A stretch of 64,000 bases of DNA from the NCBI RefSeq assembly GCF_006345805.1, contig NC_043012.1, positions 2,790,001-2,854,000 of the forward strand. Reading direction: 5' to 3'. This document shows positions 38,208 through 51,690 of the stretch, one piece after another (within the stretch, counting starts at the first letter, position 1; each line of letters begins with the position of its first letter). The translations under genes and the position numbers were made by a program. The notes under the pieces were generated by a model that did not search any database, was not told where the DNA came from, and was given only the letters and a program-made list of their open reading frames with translations. The stretch comes from Octopus sinensis. Taxonomy: Eukaryota.

Positions 38208-38428
38208 GTGCGTGTTTGTGTGTCTGTGTTTGTCCACCCAACATCGCTTGACAACCGATGCTGGTGTGTTTACGTCCCCGTAACTTAGCGGTTCGGCAAA
38301 AAAGATACCGATAAAATAAGTACTGGGCTTACAAAGAATAAGTCCCGGGGTCGATTTGCTCGACTAAAGGCGGTGCTCCAGCATGGTCACAGTCAAATGG
38401 CTGAAGCAAGTAAAAGAGTAAAAGAGAG
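38007..38428 (+). mobile_element. SINE family A, full length
   Basis: TAGGCGTAGGAGTGGCTGTGTGG head to the AAGTAAAAGAGTAAAAGAG tail. Confidence 0.92.
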
Positions 38429-40119
38429 TATACTTTTCTACGCTCTAATGATTCTGCCTCTTCCCTACCACTGTGTGTTGATATTGATATGAAGGCACGT
38501 TTGTTTAATAAACAAACATAAACGATGAGAAATTAAACCCCATCACTAGGGTTAGTTTGGTATGAAAACTAATGTGTGTGTACGTGTGTGTGTGTACGTG
38601 TGTGTGTGTGTTTGCGCATCTACGTGCGTGTGTGTGCGAGTATGTACATCACATGTTGCAGGTGTACATCTAAAGTTACATTGATATTATAAAATGTAAT
38701 GTGTGTGTGTGTGTGTGTATTCATATGTATGTGTACGTAAGTGAGTACGTGTGAATGAGCATGTGTGTTTATGCATACGTGTGTGTGCGTGTGTGCGCGC
38801 GCGCGTGTGCGTATGTGTGTGAATGCATTACGGCATTGAAGAGACTCATAGGAAACGGATCATAGCTGTTCTTATGTCATGGACCCCAAAACGAAAGAAT
38901 CACCTGTTGTTAGCATCCGTGAAACTTCTGGCATAAAAGTATAAATAAAATCGAACATAATACCCAGAAACAGAACATAGAAGTAGATTGCCTGATTTGC
39001 AGCTTGGCACCCCGGTAGATGAGGCAGTTGCGTTCAGTTGGTTTCATTTTTCAATCAGCTCTTAAAGAAGGGAGAGAGGTAGAGTCATCCTTTCCGTCAC
39101 TCCGCTCCCATATCGTTTCGGGTATTATTCTTGACGAATAAAACATGCGGCGGCAACGTGTGATATCAGTATTTTGTTCGCTCCGTTTGTTTCTTCTCTG
39201 AGAATATCTAAACATATGTTTTATCTTACTCGCACACAATTTTGTCTTTGAGTAGAGAACGTGGGAACTGGTCTCGTCAGTCGGCAAGGCATGCATATCT
39301 GTTGGTTGAGCCAACCGTAATAGTTCTAACAGTATCGAATTTATTTACACTTAGCATAAATTTTTTTTATCACTGTTCCGCTAAGTACGGTTAAGGCTAT
39401 ACTTTACTACTGATGAGATGAGAATTAGATCAAAACATGTTCGGAATTGTCTCCCGTATTTGGTGTATCAAATTAGTCTTTTTTTCCCCCCTACTTACTC
39501 AATATTTCTTCCGACTTAACGTTAAATATACGTGGTATTAAAAAAATTTAACTGAAACTTACTGTCTATATACATGGTCTGCTAGACATCCCAAGTTCTC
39601 TCGAATGCAATTTGTTTTGAAATCAGTTGGACTCAGTTCGAAAGGCAATGAAAACTGTAGTTGTTGTTTTAGCTGCATATCAGCCCTAATTGAGCAGACG
39701 GATATCTGATCAACAACATTCTAGCTATTACCAAATATTGCTCATTTAGAATTCCATTATCTAATGTATCCTTCCTATTTCTAGACCGTTTGGAATATGG
39801 TTCCTTTTTTTAGCGGTTCTAGCGACTATCTAGAACAATGATCCTCAAAATTTTGAAGCTCAGTGGAATGGTGGCTCACAAAGGCCACATCCACATGTTC
39901 TCATGCATAAAATTGATCAATCAGGTGAATTTTGTGCAGTGATTTAACTACATTTTCTTATCCGAACACGCATATTCCTTTTTGTTTTGCCTCTTATGGC
40001 AGTTACTAAAGAAGACAAGGACTTATTTAATGAGATTTTATTGGACCTTGGTACATCAGTCATGTTTCTACTCATTGATAACAATGTCCTATTTCCGGTC
40101 AGTTACTCAAAATTTTTAT

Positions 40120-40970
40120 GAACTGGATTTAACATGGTGCAGCCGTTGTGGAAGTGATATCACACTCGGTGGGTGTAAGATTAGTTGGCTGTTATTTGCA
40201 GATAGCATAGTGATATGTGGCTCATCAGACAGCGATCTCCAGCATGCACTGAATGGGTTTACCGCAGAGTGCTGCTAGAGAGGAATAAGAATTGGTGTTG
40301 TGAAGCCCGTGACTCCCGCTTCACGCTGCATGCAAGTTAAACCTCACTGAGGCTACTTCGGAAGTTTAAGTATCTAGGGGCATTAGTCACGAGTGATAGG
40401 AAGCAGGAGGCTGAATTGGATGCTAGAATTGCAGGTGCTGGCACAGTAATGCGCCGGATCTTGTGTTCGATCCTCAAAAGACGAGCGGTTAGATAAAAAT
40501 CCAAACTTGCAATCTTCAATTCGGTTTTCGTGCCTACCCTCACTTGCAGTCATGAATGACCAAAATAGTACGATCGCAAATACAAGCGGTCAAAATAGGG
40601 TTCCTCTGAAGTCGAGTAAGGTTACTCGACATGGGGCATAACTCGGAGATCAGGGAATCTCTCCTGGCCAAGCCAAGCCACAATTTCTCTGCATTCAGAG
40701 GTCATAACTCCGATGTTACGGACACGCGATTAGAAAGTCGCAGGGAAGAATCACAAGACGAATTTTTCAAGCCGAAGCGACCGGCAGGATACCTAGGTGT
40801 AGACCAAAAACGAGATGTTGGATGATGATATATATAATCTCAGTTGACCACACTTTGGAATCCAACCGGAAAGAGCAGTTAGGGTTACTTCTGATAGGAA
40901 CATATGGAAGAGGTGCCTGAAGACTACCCACCGTGAGCTACCCAGGAATCGTGGGCGGAGATAAGAGATG
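40120..40970 (+). mobile_element. Degenerate RTE-clade LINE ORF2 3' portion
   Basis: ISWLLFADSIV...DLQHALNGF, FKYLGALVTSD...ELDARI, SKLAIFNSVFVPTLTC: RT thumb and C-terminal motifs, with stops. Confidence 0.85.
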
Positions 40971-41531
40971 GAGGGTGTAGAAATTTTAATTTCTTTAGAA
41001 TCCTGTTATTGGGCTTTCACTTACACATATATATTTTAATTTTAGATAAATGCTTACATATATGTATTTTAATTTTAGATAAATGGATAATCCTACATAT
41101 TAAGCGAAAAGCTGAGGGGTTTTTTCGTGTGTCTGCTTACTACACCACTTTGGGTTTTGGGGTTCTCTGGTCACTTGGTGACCTCATGATCTTGAATAAA
41201 TTTCTATTGCATAGTGTGATTTGTACCCACCCTATAGATATATATACATGGACTGGGTTGATATATTTGTAGACACCTCAGCAGCAATGTTTAAATATAT
41301 AAAAAAAATAGTATCCATTCTTCGCACAGCGTAGTTTCGATCTACAGAACTCCGAGTTATGAATCCAGTACGCTTACATTGCACCACAATCCATTTTATT
41401 GCCTGTTCTATGTTACATTACCTCTATTACATCATCCATAATATGTTATCTATCATGTATTTCTCTGCATTAAACTGTTTCAACCGTCCGAAGTCGAGTA
41501 TCTTACACATGTTGCAATTCTAAGATATTTC

Positions 41532-41890
41532 TCTATATATAAATGGCAAAATGTCTGTGTGCGTGTCCTTTATACAAATCCACAATTTTTCAGTTAGAGG
41601 GCTCGCACTTTCTATGGTCATTCAAAACCATCCAAAGATGGTCGTGCACATCTTTACATTTCCCCAGACACGCTGCAAAGCCATTAAAAACTCAATAGAA
41701 GTGACTTTTTCTGAATTTTCTATCCAAAACTCAATCAAAATGCCTGAAACTTGATACGCCAATTGAATGCCAGCTAGCTGTATGTGATTGGTTGGAGATT
41801 TGGACAGTATTCGCGTGTATGTGCGCACGCACGCAGCTGTATATGCATGCACTAGCACTATGACCCGGCGTTGCCGGGTCATAGTGCTAG
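41532..41890 (+). mobile_element. Non-autonomous Helitron-like element with a 19-bp perfect terminal palindrome
   Basis: TCTATATATAAA start; ends ACTAGCACTATGACCCGGC-GTT-GCCGGGTCATAGTGCTAG|T. Confidence 0.65.
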
Positions 41891-42503
41891 TTAATTTACA
41901 AACTGAAAAGTGACATTTCGCTTTGCTGATACTTCAAGAGATACATTTGACAAACATGGATCTGTGTTACGAATTTAAATTAGGATATAAAACCGATTTC
42001 TGCAATTAAAGGTAATGAAATTTCGAGTGTATATATCCGATTTATGCAGTAAAAGGATTAAAAAGTATGGCCACAAAATGTTTCCTTGTTCCTGACTGCT
42101 CAAAATCCTTTCTCCACCACTAAGTTCACCATCCCAAGCTTAACTTCTCTCTCACATAAGGACCAACCATCTTTTGAATTTTATTGAAATATTCTTTTGT
42201 GTCCTTTTAACTTGATTTCGGGTGGGGATCCTGTAGCTTTCTACAGTCTGGATTTTGTATTTAAAAACAAAATAAAAAAGAACATTTTTGTTGATTACAA
42301 AGTATTTAAAGTGTGTGTTTGTGAGTGTGTTGGGAGTTAAAAGATAAGTTCACACGTTTTAGTACTTCAGTATTTATGATTACATTTCCAAAAGGAATAT
42401 AATTATATAATTACCTTTTCCAGTGTATTTAATACATATTTGATTCAATAAAACTCGATTCCATTACACAATTCAATGTAACCTTCAAACACACACACAC
42501 ACA

Positions 42504-42538
<35 letters not shown>

Positions 42539-43613
42539 TGCCACAAGACTCAGTTTACAAAAAATATATGCATTTGTGACGAAGGAAAAGTATAGCCCTC
42601 TCAATAAGCGTAGCCCGCACACATTTGTCGGAGTAGATTGAACCGACTTCGGTAAACGTCTGAGAGTATGCATAACGGCCTTAATTAGGTAAAGAACAAA
42701 AACCCACAGACAGAATTTCCCACGTATGTAGATATCCAACATAGAGATGAACACCAACGTTCCTGATGGCAGACTTTGATTATTGGGAAATATCTCTTTG
42801 AACATGAAACCAACTGTAGCCTGGCTATCCCACAATTAAAGAATATTTATCCACCAATACGGTGTTGAACACTCGTTCTCACTACTCGATATTAACGTGT
42901 GTGTATATATATATACACTCAGAGAGAGCTAGATAGATATGTCTATGTCCCTTGATTGTTGGAAATTGTGTTAGAATAGGCCAGTTGTCTTGCCGATGAT
43001 GCTTGTTGCAATAGAAGCATGTGACCGCGACTGTTCACTTATCTCCAGATAATAAGCCTGTATTTTTCTTTAATCGCATACCAACTTTAAAGAAATTTCG
43101 TTTCTTGAGACTATTGACCTCCCACCCCACCAATATCTCAATGGAACTGGTCCCCAATTGACATTAGGTACATGCGACACATCATCCTCTAGAGGCGGTG
43201 ACCATCTCAATAAATCAAAAATTCATGTCGTATGATATTTGATATATTGGTATATGTTGTTTATATATACGCCACAAGCCACCCTGAATTAATACTCTTT
43301 GCTCAATTTTGTTTAGTTTATGTGTTTGCGCACATACACGTTATTATTATTATTATATTATTATTATTTGAAGTGGGTAGGGTTCACAGGAGGATCAAGT
43401 GAATTGACTTTGACCGAGATTTTCAATATATTGCTTGCATAATTATCAGTAGTTTTCTTATCTGCAAACGATGAAATTTCAAACCGGAAACAACACACGC
43501 CAGCTTTTGATGATTCTGTTCTGTTGTTGTACCATTACCGTAGTGTTTTTACTCTTATTGATGTTTTATAACTGTTGCAGCGTCACTGCAAGCTGGTTGG
43601 TTTGGTGGGAGGG

Positions 43614-43677
<64 letters not shown>

Positions 43678-43726
43678 CAGATAGACAGATAGACAGACAG
43701 ACAGATAGACAGATAGACAGACAGAC

Positions 43727-43757
<31 letters not shown>

Positions 43758-43906
43758 CAGATAGATAGATAGATAGATAGATAGACAGATAGATAGATAG
43801 ATAGACAGATAGATAGATAGATAGATAGACAGATAGATAGATAGATAGATAGACAGATAGATAGATAGATAGATAGATAGACAGATAGACAGATAGATAG
43901 ATAGAC

Positions 43907-43945
<39 letters not shown>

Positions 43946-43990
43946 CAGATAGATAGATAGATAGACAGATAGATAGATAGATAGATAGAC

Positions 43991-44037
<47 letters not shown>

Positions 44038-44129
44038 CAGATAGACAGATAGATAGATAGATAGATAGACAGATAGATAGACAGATAGATAGATAGACAG
44101 ATAGATAGATAGACAGATAGACAGATAGA

Positions 44130-44169
<40 letters not shown>

Positions 44170-44272
44170 TAGATAGATAGATAGACAGATAGATAGATAG
44201 ATAGATAGATAGGTAGATAGGTAGATAGATAGATAGATAGGTAGATAGATAGATAGATAGGTAGATAGATAA
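43614..44272. repeat. (GATA/GACA)n tetranucleotide array, about 660 bp
   Basis: Direct reading; source of the SIYL-repeat ORFs. Confidence 0.97.
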
Positions 44273-44342
44273 ATGCTCTTGATTTGATCCGAGCACTTAT
44301 TGTACATACCTATTATATCACCCTTGACATTTTCTTACCCAT

Positions 44343-44440
<98 letters not shown>

Positions 44441-44934
44441 AATGTTTTGCTTTAATATATCTCCTTGTCGGGTCGGATTTGCTTCGTGTATTACGTCATT
44501 ATTTTGCTTTTTCCATAGTTCTATTTCACTATTTAATTCGCTGAGCTTGTGTATGGTTGTAGCAATACTTATTGATTGTCGTCTACATAAATCCTAGCCT
44601 TCTTCGTTGTTTAGTGACTTCAGAAAAGCAGCGTGTTCGTATGTGCACGCACGCACTTAATGAGGAAGTCAATAGAAGAGTTTCACATTTGCAAAAGCAT
44701 ATTGCCTTCGACAGACTTCTCGAGAACGTCTGATCGAGGAGGGTCTCAGCTTTCAAACTATGTTGAAATGTTTCAGAGCCGTTTTTCTACCAAACCTTAT
44801 TGCATACCAGTCAGACGTAGACTGTTTATAGTAGTCACACTTGGAATAAAAACTCAGCTCAGCTGAGATATCCTTATTCCCCACTTTTTTTTTCCTGGAT
44901 TTTTCAAATTGTAAAGGTATTTTATAGACATGAA

Positions 44935-45091
44935 GGAGTGGCTATGTGGTAAGTAGCTTGCTTACCAACCACATGGTTCTGGGTTCATTCCCACTGCGTG
45001 GAATTTTGGGCAGGTGTCTTCTACTATAGCCTCGGGCCGACCAAAGCCTTGTGAGTGGATTTGGTATACGGAAACTGAAAGAAGCCCGTCG
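44935..45091 (+). mobile_element. SINE family A 5' half (part of an inverted duplication)
   Basis: Shares its flank and private variants with 53156-53312. Confidence 0.85.
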
Positions 45092-47499
45092 TGTGTGTCA
45101 ATAGACTCCACTGGAACTACTTACTTAAGGGTCTGTGTATTTATTGATAGGACAAGGTCTCATACGCCGAGGCCTTCAATCGCATCGCATTGTCCACGGT
45201 CTACATTGTTCTACGTTGAGCCCAATTGCACTTGTCGGTCATGTTGCCAGAATAGAAAATAACCTCCCAAACGAGTTTTCTACTGTTCGTTGTTGAAGGA
45301 AAGAACTAAGTCGGTGAGCAGTGCAAATGCTATAAGGACATTCTCAAATCTCTCTTAAAGACTTCAGCAACAATCCAAAGTCAAAGGAGCATTGCTGCTA
45401 AGAAATGTACTCGGTGCAGTCTCATAAAAGGAAGGTTTAAAGCTGCCTGAGCAAGCCAGGAGCAAACGAACAGCGTAGAAGAAAGCGCGGATCTTTTCCT
45501 TTTGATGAACGGAATTTTCTAGTTAACTAAACAATTTGAAACTTCATATACTGGTAGAATGTGTCAAAAGAAAACATTGTTGTAAACAAAATTGAAAACA
45601 AAATTGTAATTTGTAAGTTTAACGTAGAAAAGATCCGAAAGCGCTATTACCGGTGCTTTTATTTATTTATTTATTTTGTCGGTAGGAAATACTTGTTAGC
45701 CATTTCCTGGATAGTCATGAGTGAGACTGTGTAAGTAACTTCCCGCTGTTTTTTCTCGATAACTTGGGAAGGAGAGTTATGAGTAGTGAATGCCTACTCG
45801 TAAAGTGTGTGTGTGTGTGTATGTATGTTGGGGGAGGACTACATTCATGGCGCACAGAGCTTTGCGAATTTGTAGTCGCAGATTACCTAAATTAAGTTTT
45901 CATCAACCACTCAGCCAGTAGAAAGCTGCTATATCAACAGGCATACCTAATCACTGATAGCGATTGACAGTAGCCAAAGACAACGCACAGATATAGCAGG
46001 CCTTACGGCCTTGCTGCCCACAAACCGCTTACATTCTGAGAGTCGTAACAGACAAGCTCAGTGGTGACGCTGTTAAAGCCAAACTTATCTCTGTCACGTG
46101 TATATGTATGCATCTATATGTTTGTATATGTGCGTATTCGAATGATGTATACACGAATGTGTGTACGTGTATGTATTCCTTTATTTTTTTTGTCATTTGA
46201 CTGCGGCCATGCTGGAGCACCGTCTTTAGTCTTTAGACAACAAACGCTAAGGCAAGGCAAACATCTCGAGTCACACACAAACTCGAGCGCGCGCTCTCGC
46301 TCTTGTGTGCGTGTATGTATACTTATAAGATAGTGTATGTATGTATGTTTAATTTTTTCATTCTTCTGGGATCGGTACCAGAAAATACTGGTCAAGTGCT
46401 GAAGTCGACATAAATGATTACACTCCTCTACAAATATGTATGGCCTTGTGTGAATGTTAGAAATTAACATGATTGTTGTATCTAACAGCCCAGAACAAGC
46501 ATATTGCGTTCAGAACATTCGAATTGTCTATCGTGACATCCACGTTTAGCCTTTGTTCTTTTCGACCAGACATTATTACAAGAACAGAGCGAGAGATAGA
46601 TGCGAAAACCCATAAACTTCTCAGTGTTACGAAGGAAACTTCAGCATCAACAGAAATGTTATAAGATTAAATTTCCAACCTTACAGAGGTCGGAACTTTA
46701 AATCTTATGACAGACAAGCATATGAATCTTTGGGGTGGTAATACTAAAACAACATTTACAGCAGAAATTTTAGAAGAGACATATGTGATAAAAGCAGACA
46801 CAGACCTTTCCCGCCAAAGAACATTGACATCACCTATATGGCGTTACAAAAGTGTAAATGGATCAGTTTACAGTCAAATGTTGTGCACGCGTGCTTAAAA
46901 TGGATGATTAAAATGGATGAAAACGGGAAGAATTCAAAGCAAAAGCTCAATTCAACGTGCGCAGGCGTGACCGAATGTTTAAGCATTTCCTCCACAATCA
47001 CGAGATCTTTGGTTCAATTACACCCTGGGTAAGTGCCTTTAGATCTTAATTGACAAAAACTGTGTAGCAGAAGTGATTTACACTGTCATTGTGTGTGATA
47101 TGTTTTCGCTGTTGGTTATCTAGGCTTAAATACCCGGATATCGGCTCCACAATCCTTTTCGTTCCAGCAGGTCACATGACCTTGTGATTAACTGAAATTG
47201 TTGTTTGTATTGGCCGGTTTCCAGCCGTCCAATCGTGTTGGTGCAGCAGTTCGTTTTTCCTTACGCGGGAAATTAATCACCAGCTCTAGGAGCCTACTGA
47301 TCTCTATAAGAACGGCAATTCTCGACTGCTCTAGGTCTTTTGCACACGCCACTGACCACACGCAACTCGTCTCCGGCAACGGTGTATCTGACACCAGCCT
47401 GTTTCAGCTTTCATCTCTACGAGACGCGTGCCTACATCGTTGCTGTATGAACACCAAACAATCAACAGACCATCGGCTGCCACTACTCACCACCAAACA

Positions 47500-47718
47500 G
47501 TACTCTTTACTCTTTTACTCTTTTACTTGTTTCAGTCATTTGACTGCGGCCATGCTGGAGCACCGCCTTTAGTCGAGCAAATCGACCCCGGGACTTATTC
47601 TTTGTAAGCCCAGTACTTATTCTGTCGGTCTCTTTTGTCGAACCGCTAAGTGACGGGGACGTAAACACACCAGCATCAGTTGTCAAGCAATGCTAGGGGG
47701 ACAAACACAGACACACAA

Positions 47719-47749
<31 letters not shown>

Positions 47750-47914
47750 CATATATACGACAGGCTTCTTTCAGTTTCCGTCTACCAAATCCACTCATAA
47801 GGCATTGGTCGGCCCGGGGCTATAGCAGAAGACACTTGCCCAAGATGCCACGCAGTGGGACTGAACCCGGAACCATGTGGTTGGTTAGCAAGCTACTTAC
47901 CACACAGCCACTCC
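47500..47914 (-). mobile_element. SINE family A, full length
   Basis: Near-identical to 57475-57873 and to the reverse complement of 38007-38428. Confidence 0.92.
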
Positions 47915-48899
47915 TGCGTGGACTATGTCTACAAGATCAACATTCCAGCCTAACCACGAAGTCTCTCACATCTTTGTTGTAACCTCTTACGTTATTTCAT
48001 GGCAATCATTGTATTTTATAACGGAGAATAAATCGTCGCATATCCATTTTTACATTTTCCTCATTTACCCATCTTTCCTGCGTGGAGGAAAGTTTAGTTT
48101 AATTAGTTATTTTTCTTTTTAAGGTTCATCGTTGTCCCCCGTCAGTCTCAAACTGATTCTGCCTCAGTATTATACTAAAAATACACAAGTGGATGTGAAC
48201 AGAGTCTAAAAGAGGCGTGTTATTCAACACCCGGTTCACTGCCTGAGGAACCAAACATGAGCCCCTTATCTAACAGGTACCCCCTCTATTTAATATAAAA
48301 ACTCAACTCAGCTCTTGTATTTTAAGTCTTAAAATTTAAGGGCACTAAGGTTCTCCCGTTCCGGTACTCTTGGAATAGGAATTCTTTTAATAAGGGATCT
48401 TTCCGCCACTTCAGACAGTACCAAAAGCTGCCTTGCTCCGAATACTCAGATTTTCACCCTTCGCACACACCGCGCGCGCGCGCAATAATTCAATGATCTG
48501 GCATTTCAATTATTGTAATTTTTCTTATTTATTTTTGCTTGGGACTTTGCAGAATCCAAACTGTACATTAACTACGAAATTATAAATTGTATGTTCAGAA
48601 GGAAATATGTATGTCTTTTTGAGAGAAAGTGAATGAGAACGGTGGAGAAGAGGGTAGGATGAGTGTGAGCTAAGCTAGAATCATACTTTCAAGGAACTTC
48701 GAGAATCAAAGATGTGTATGTAGAATTTTACATTGGTAAAATTTTTGTTGCGTGAGAATTGACATAAAATATCTAGACCTACATTAACTAGTGTCATTTT
48801 TTAAAGACTGAATGGTTCAATTTAGAATAGATTTGTCCGTTTTTTTTGTGTTTGTTTTGGCACAGCTAAGTAAGTTATTTATTTCCAAGTTAACCAGTG

Positions 48900-49230
48900 T
48901 TCCGAGTATGTTTCTTTAAGAGGCCGTTGCAGTTAATATTAGCAAAACAGAAAAAAAGGAGACAGTACGCTGTAGATAGGAGGTGGTTGTAGCGTGTTGG
49001 TGAGTAGAGACTTTGTCAAAGAGTTAAATAGCTTTTCAGAAGGTAACGGTCTAGGATGCTTGTATGTGTAGCTGCAACGTCGTCCCAGATGTAGGCCCAT
49101 TATTTTATTTTCGGTCTTTATACTTTGTAGATGTGCAGTGACTGATCAAAGTTTTGCGATCCGAAAGCGTAAGATTAATATTTTGGATGCAGATTTGGTT
49201 GCGTTATGGTTAGTGGAAGGCTTGGGTTTG
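48900..49230 (-). mobile_element. Degenerate CR1/L2-like LINE fragment (post-RT region)
   Basis: Minus translation YKV*RPKIK*WAYIWDDVAATHTSILDR resembles the Y...RP..EY...IW.......LDR motif. Confidence 0.5.
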
Positions 49231-49741
49231 AGATGAAAGATGTCTTTTCACCTTTTTATAATTATTCCTGCTGTTTTGCGATACGTCTTCCTCTCGGTTG
49301 AAACTAACGATTTGGCATTTTCCCAGAACTGGATTCTTTGCACCAAGTCATTTTGCAAGCAGCCACAGACTGGAACTGACGCTGGCAGACCTGGTGGTTC
49401 TCAATATACAGCAGTGTCACTGGTAAATAAATTGTTCACATGTGGAAGTGATACAAAATGGAAGGTTGTTCCAGTAAACTACAGAAAGAACTGAGGGCCC
49501 AAGATGTGTACTTTGTAATACTATCAATACAACATCTACTATCTTTGCCCCTCGTAGTGTTTCTACACACACACTTCAAAGATAAGACTTCTTGTTTGTA
49601 TGCGTACATTGTGTTATTAATATTTTCGAAGCTGCATCTTCATTCCGTCGCTATTCTGATATATATATTCTGTGTCTCGTGTTCAGGAAAATATATTTAT
49701 GCGGCTGCTGCTGTTTTAGTACACTAATGTTCATGTTTTTG

Positions 49742-49810
<69 letters not shown>

Positions 49811-50001
49811 GAGTAATGGATCTCGAGACACACAAAGCTATAAACAATAGCATGTAAATATTGGGTCCACAACCTCTTTTGGGTAGAAAAAGTCGAAGAC
49901 TGCCTATAGGATCTGTTCCCCAAAATTATTTCACGTTCTCTCGAAAGTTTATGAATTTTTAAGACGCGAAGAGGGAGATTATATATATGTATGTATATAT
50001 G

Positions 50002-50084
<83 letters not shown>

Positions 50085-50088
<4 letters not shown>

Positions 50089-50230
50089 TTTACGAAAAAA
50101 CACAAGACGAAGATAGGTGGTGTACAAAACAAACAGATGTATTAAATAACGCTCAGGAATAGAAAAAGTCTTTTACGTTTCGAGCCTACGCTCTTCTTCA
50201 GAAAGGGACACTGAAAAAACAAGGAGAGAA
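50085..50230 (-). mobile_element. Penelope-like short repeat with a hammerhead
   Basis: Homologous to 4655-4835; bounded by (TA)n(GA)n. Confidence 0.65.
50167..50210 (-). ncRNA. Type-I minimal hammerhead ribozyme, canonical core
   Basis: CTTT-CTGAAGA-A-GAGC(GTAG)GCTC-GAA-ACGT-A-AAAG: helix I 4 bp (6 with a bulge), palindromic helix III ACGT, GUA triplet. Confidence 0.65.
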
Positions 50231-50628
50231 GGGTGAAGCGCTCACGATCATAAGATCGTGGGTTCGATTCCTGGGTTTGGTGGCACTATATGTTATTGGG
50301 TAAAAGCGCATCACGTCACGTTACTCCAATCTACTCAGTTAAAATTGAATACCAGCCGACTGCTGGTACAGCCCTGGGCTGCCACATTTTGAGAGGGCCG
50401 AGGTGACCATGACTGTTCAGGACAACATGGACACTTAGAACAATTGGTGAAAGAGTACCAGGTTATACCAGGTTGCAAATGACGGCTCAATGATTATATG
50501 AAGTCCTTGTTAAAGGCGTGGGAAAGCCCACTAACACCCGACATTTCCATTCACCCATCATCTGTTGTCACCACCACCGCTGCCAATTCACTGTCACCCT
50601 CAAGTCGCCACTTACATTATTGCCTCTC

Positions 50629-50666
<38 letters not shown>

Positions 50667-50667
<1 letters not shown>

Positions 50668-50899
50668 AGGCGGCGAACTGGCAGAAACGTTAACACGCCG
50701 GGCGAAATGCGTAGCAGTATTTCGTCTGCCGTTACGTCCTGAGTTCAAATTCCGCCGAGGTCGACTTTGCCTTTCATCCTTTCTGGGTCGATAAATAAAG
50801 TACCAGTTTCCCACTGGGGTCTATGTAATCGACGTAATCCCTTTGTCTGTCCTTGTTTGTCCCCTCTAAGTTTAGTCCCTTGTGGGTAGTAAAGAAATA
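50667..50899 (+). mobile_element. SINE family B, full length
   Basis: Head-to-tail match. Confidence 0.9.
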
Positions 50900-50946
50900 T
50901 ATATATATATATATAAATATATCTTTACTACCCACAAGGGACTAAA

Positions 50947-51087
50947 GTCCCTAGGACTTATTCTTTGTAAGCCTAATACTTATTCTATCGGTCTGTTTTG
51001 CCGAACCGCTAAGTTATGGGGACGTAAACACACCACCATCGGTTGTCAAACGATGGGTGGGACAAACACAGACACACAAACACACAC

Positions 51088-51156
<69 letters not shown>

Positions 51157-51333
51157 CATATAATATATACGGCGGGCTTCTTTCAGTTTCCGTCTACCAA
51201 ATCCACTCACAAGGCTTTGGTCGGCTCGAGGCTATAGTAGAAGACACTTGTCCAAGTTGCCACGCAGTGGGACTGAACCCGGAACCATGTGGTTGGTAAG
51301 CAAGCTACTTACCACACAGCCACTCTTGCGCCT
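50947..51333 (-). mobile_element. SINE family A lacking its 3' tail
   Basis: Begins at CCCTAGGACTTATTC, right after a snap-back of the neighbouring SINE B. Confidence 0.88.
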
Positions 51334-51399
51334 ATGAATTTTTATTTTGAAATTAGTTTTGGTTATATTAAGGATTCGAACGTACTATTTCCCGTTAAT

Positions 51400-51690
51400 C
51401 AGACCGCCTCATGGTGCCAGGAGATAAAATGAGAAAGAATGGCGGACGAGATGTACTGGAACAATCACCGATGCACGGGGCTCGCACTTGCCAATGGCCC
51501 TCTCCGCCCCCGATAGCGGTGAGCAGGAATATGGTTTGGGAACCGAGAAAGCCTGAGGTCTCCATTGCTATAGGCTCGATCATGAACCAGTTAGAGAGCG
51601 ATCGATACCTTGGACCGTTTGTTTCTCTCCGCCTGATGATCAGCGGAGCCGGGGCTGGTAGCTGGACTATCGACATTGATATCCATCGAA
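51400..51690 (-). mobile_element. CRE-like non-LTR retrotransposon 3' fragment (REL endonuclease C-terminus)
   Basis: With frameshifts: SPGSADHQAERNKRSK/YRSLSNWFMIEPIAMETSGFLGSQTIFLLTAIG/..EPRAS/*LFQYISSAIL, matching the K..KY..L....P.A.ET.G..G...LFQ.IS.AI pattern. Confidence 0.68.

Noticed and set aside
43555-44307. 250-aa and 237-aa ORFs, and similar YIYI/HTHT/CVCV/LSLS ORFs throughout
   Set aside because: Translations of GATA, TA, CA and CT microsatellites
47112-47123. miR-9-like TTGGTTATCTAG
   Set aside because: Only a 12-nt match and no precursor hairpin
47263-47440. Minus-strand exon between a CATACAG acceptor and a GTAAGG donor
   Set aside because: Stops in all frames from the acceptor; could only be UTR, with no independent support
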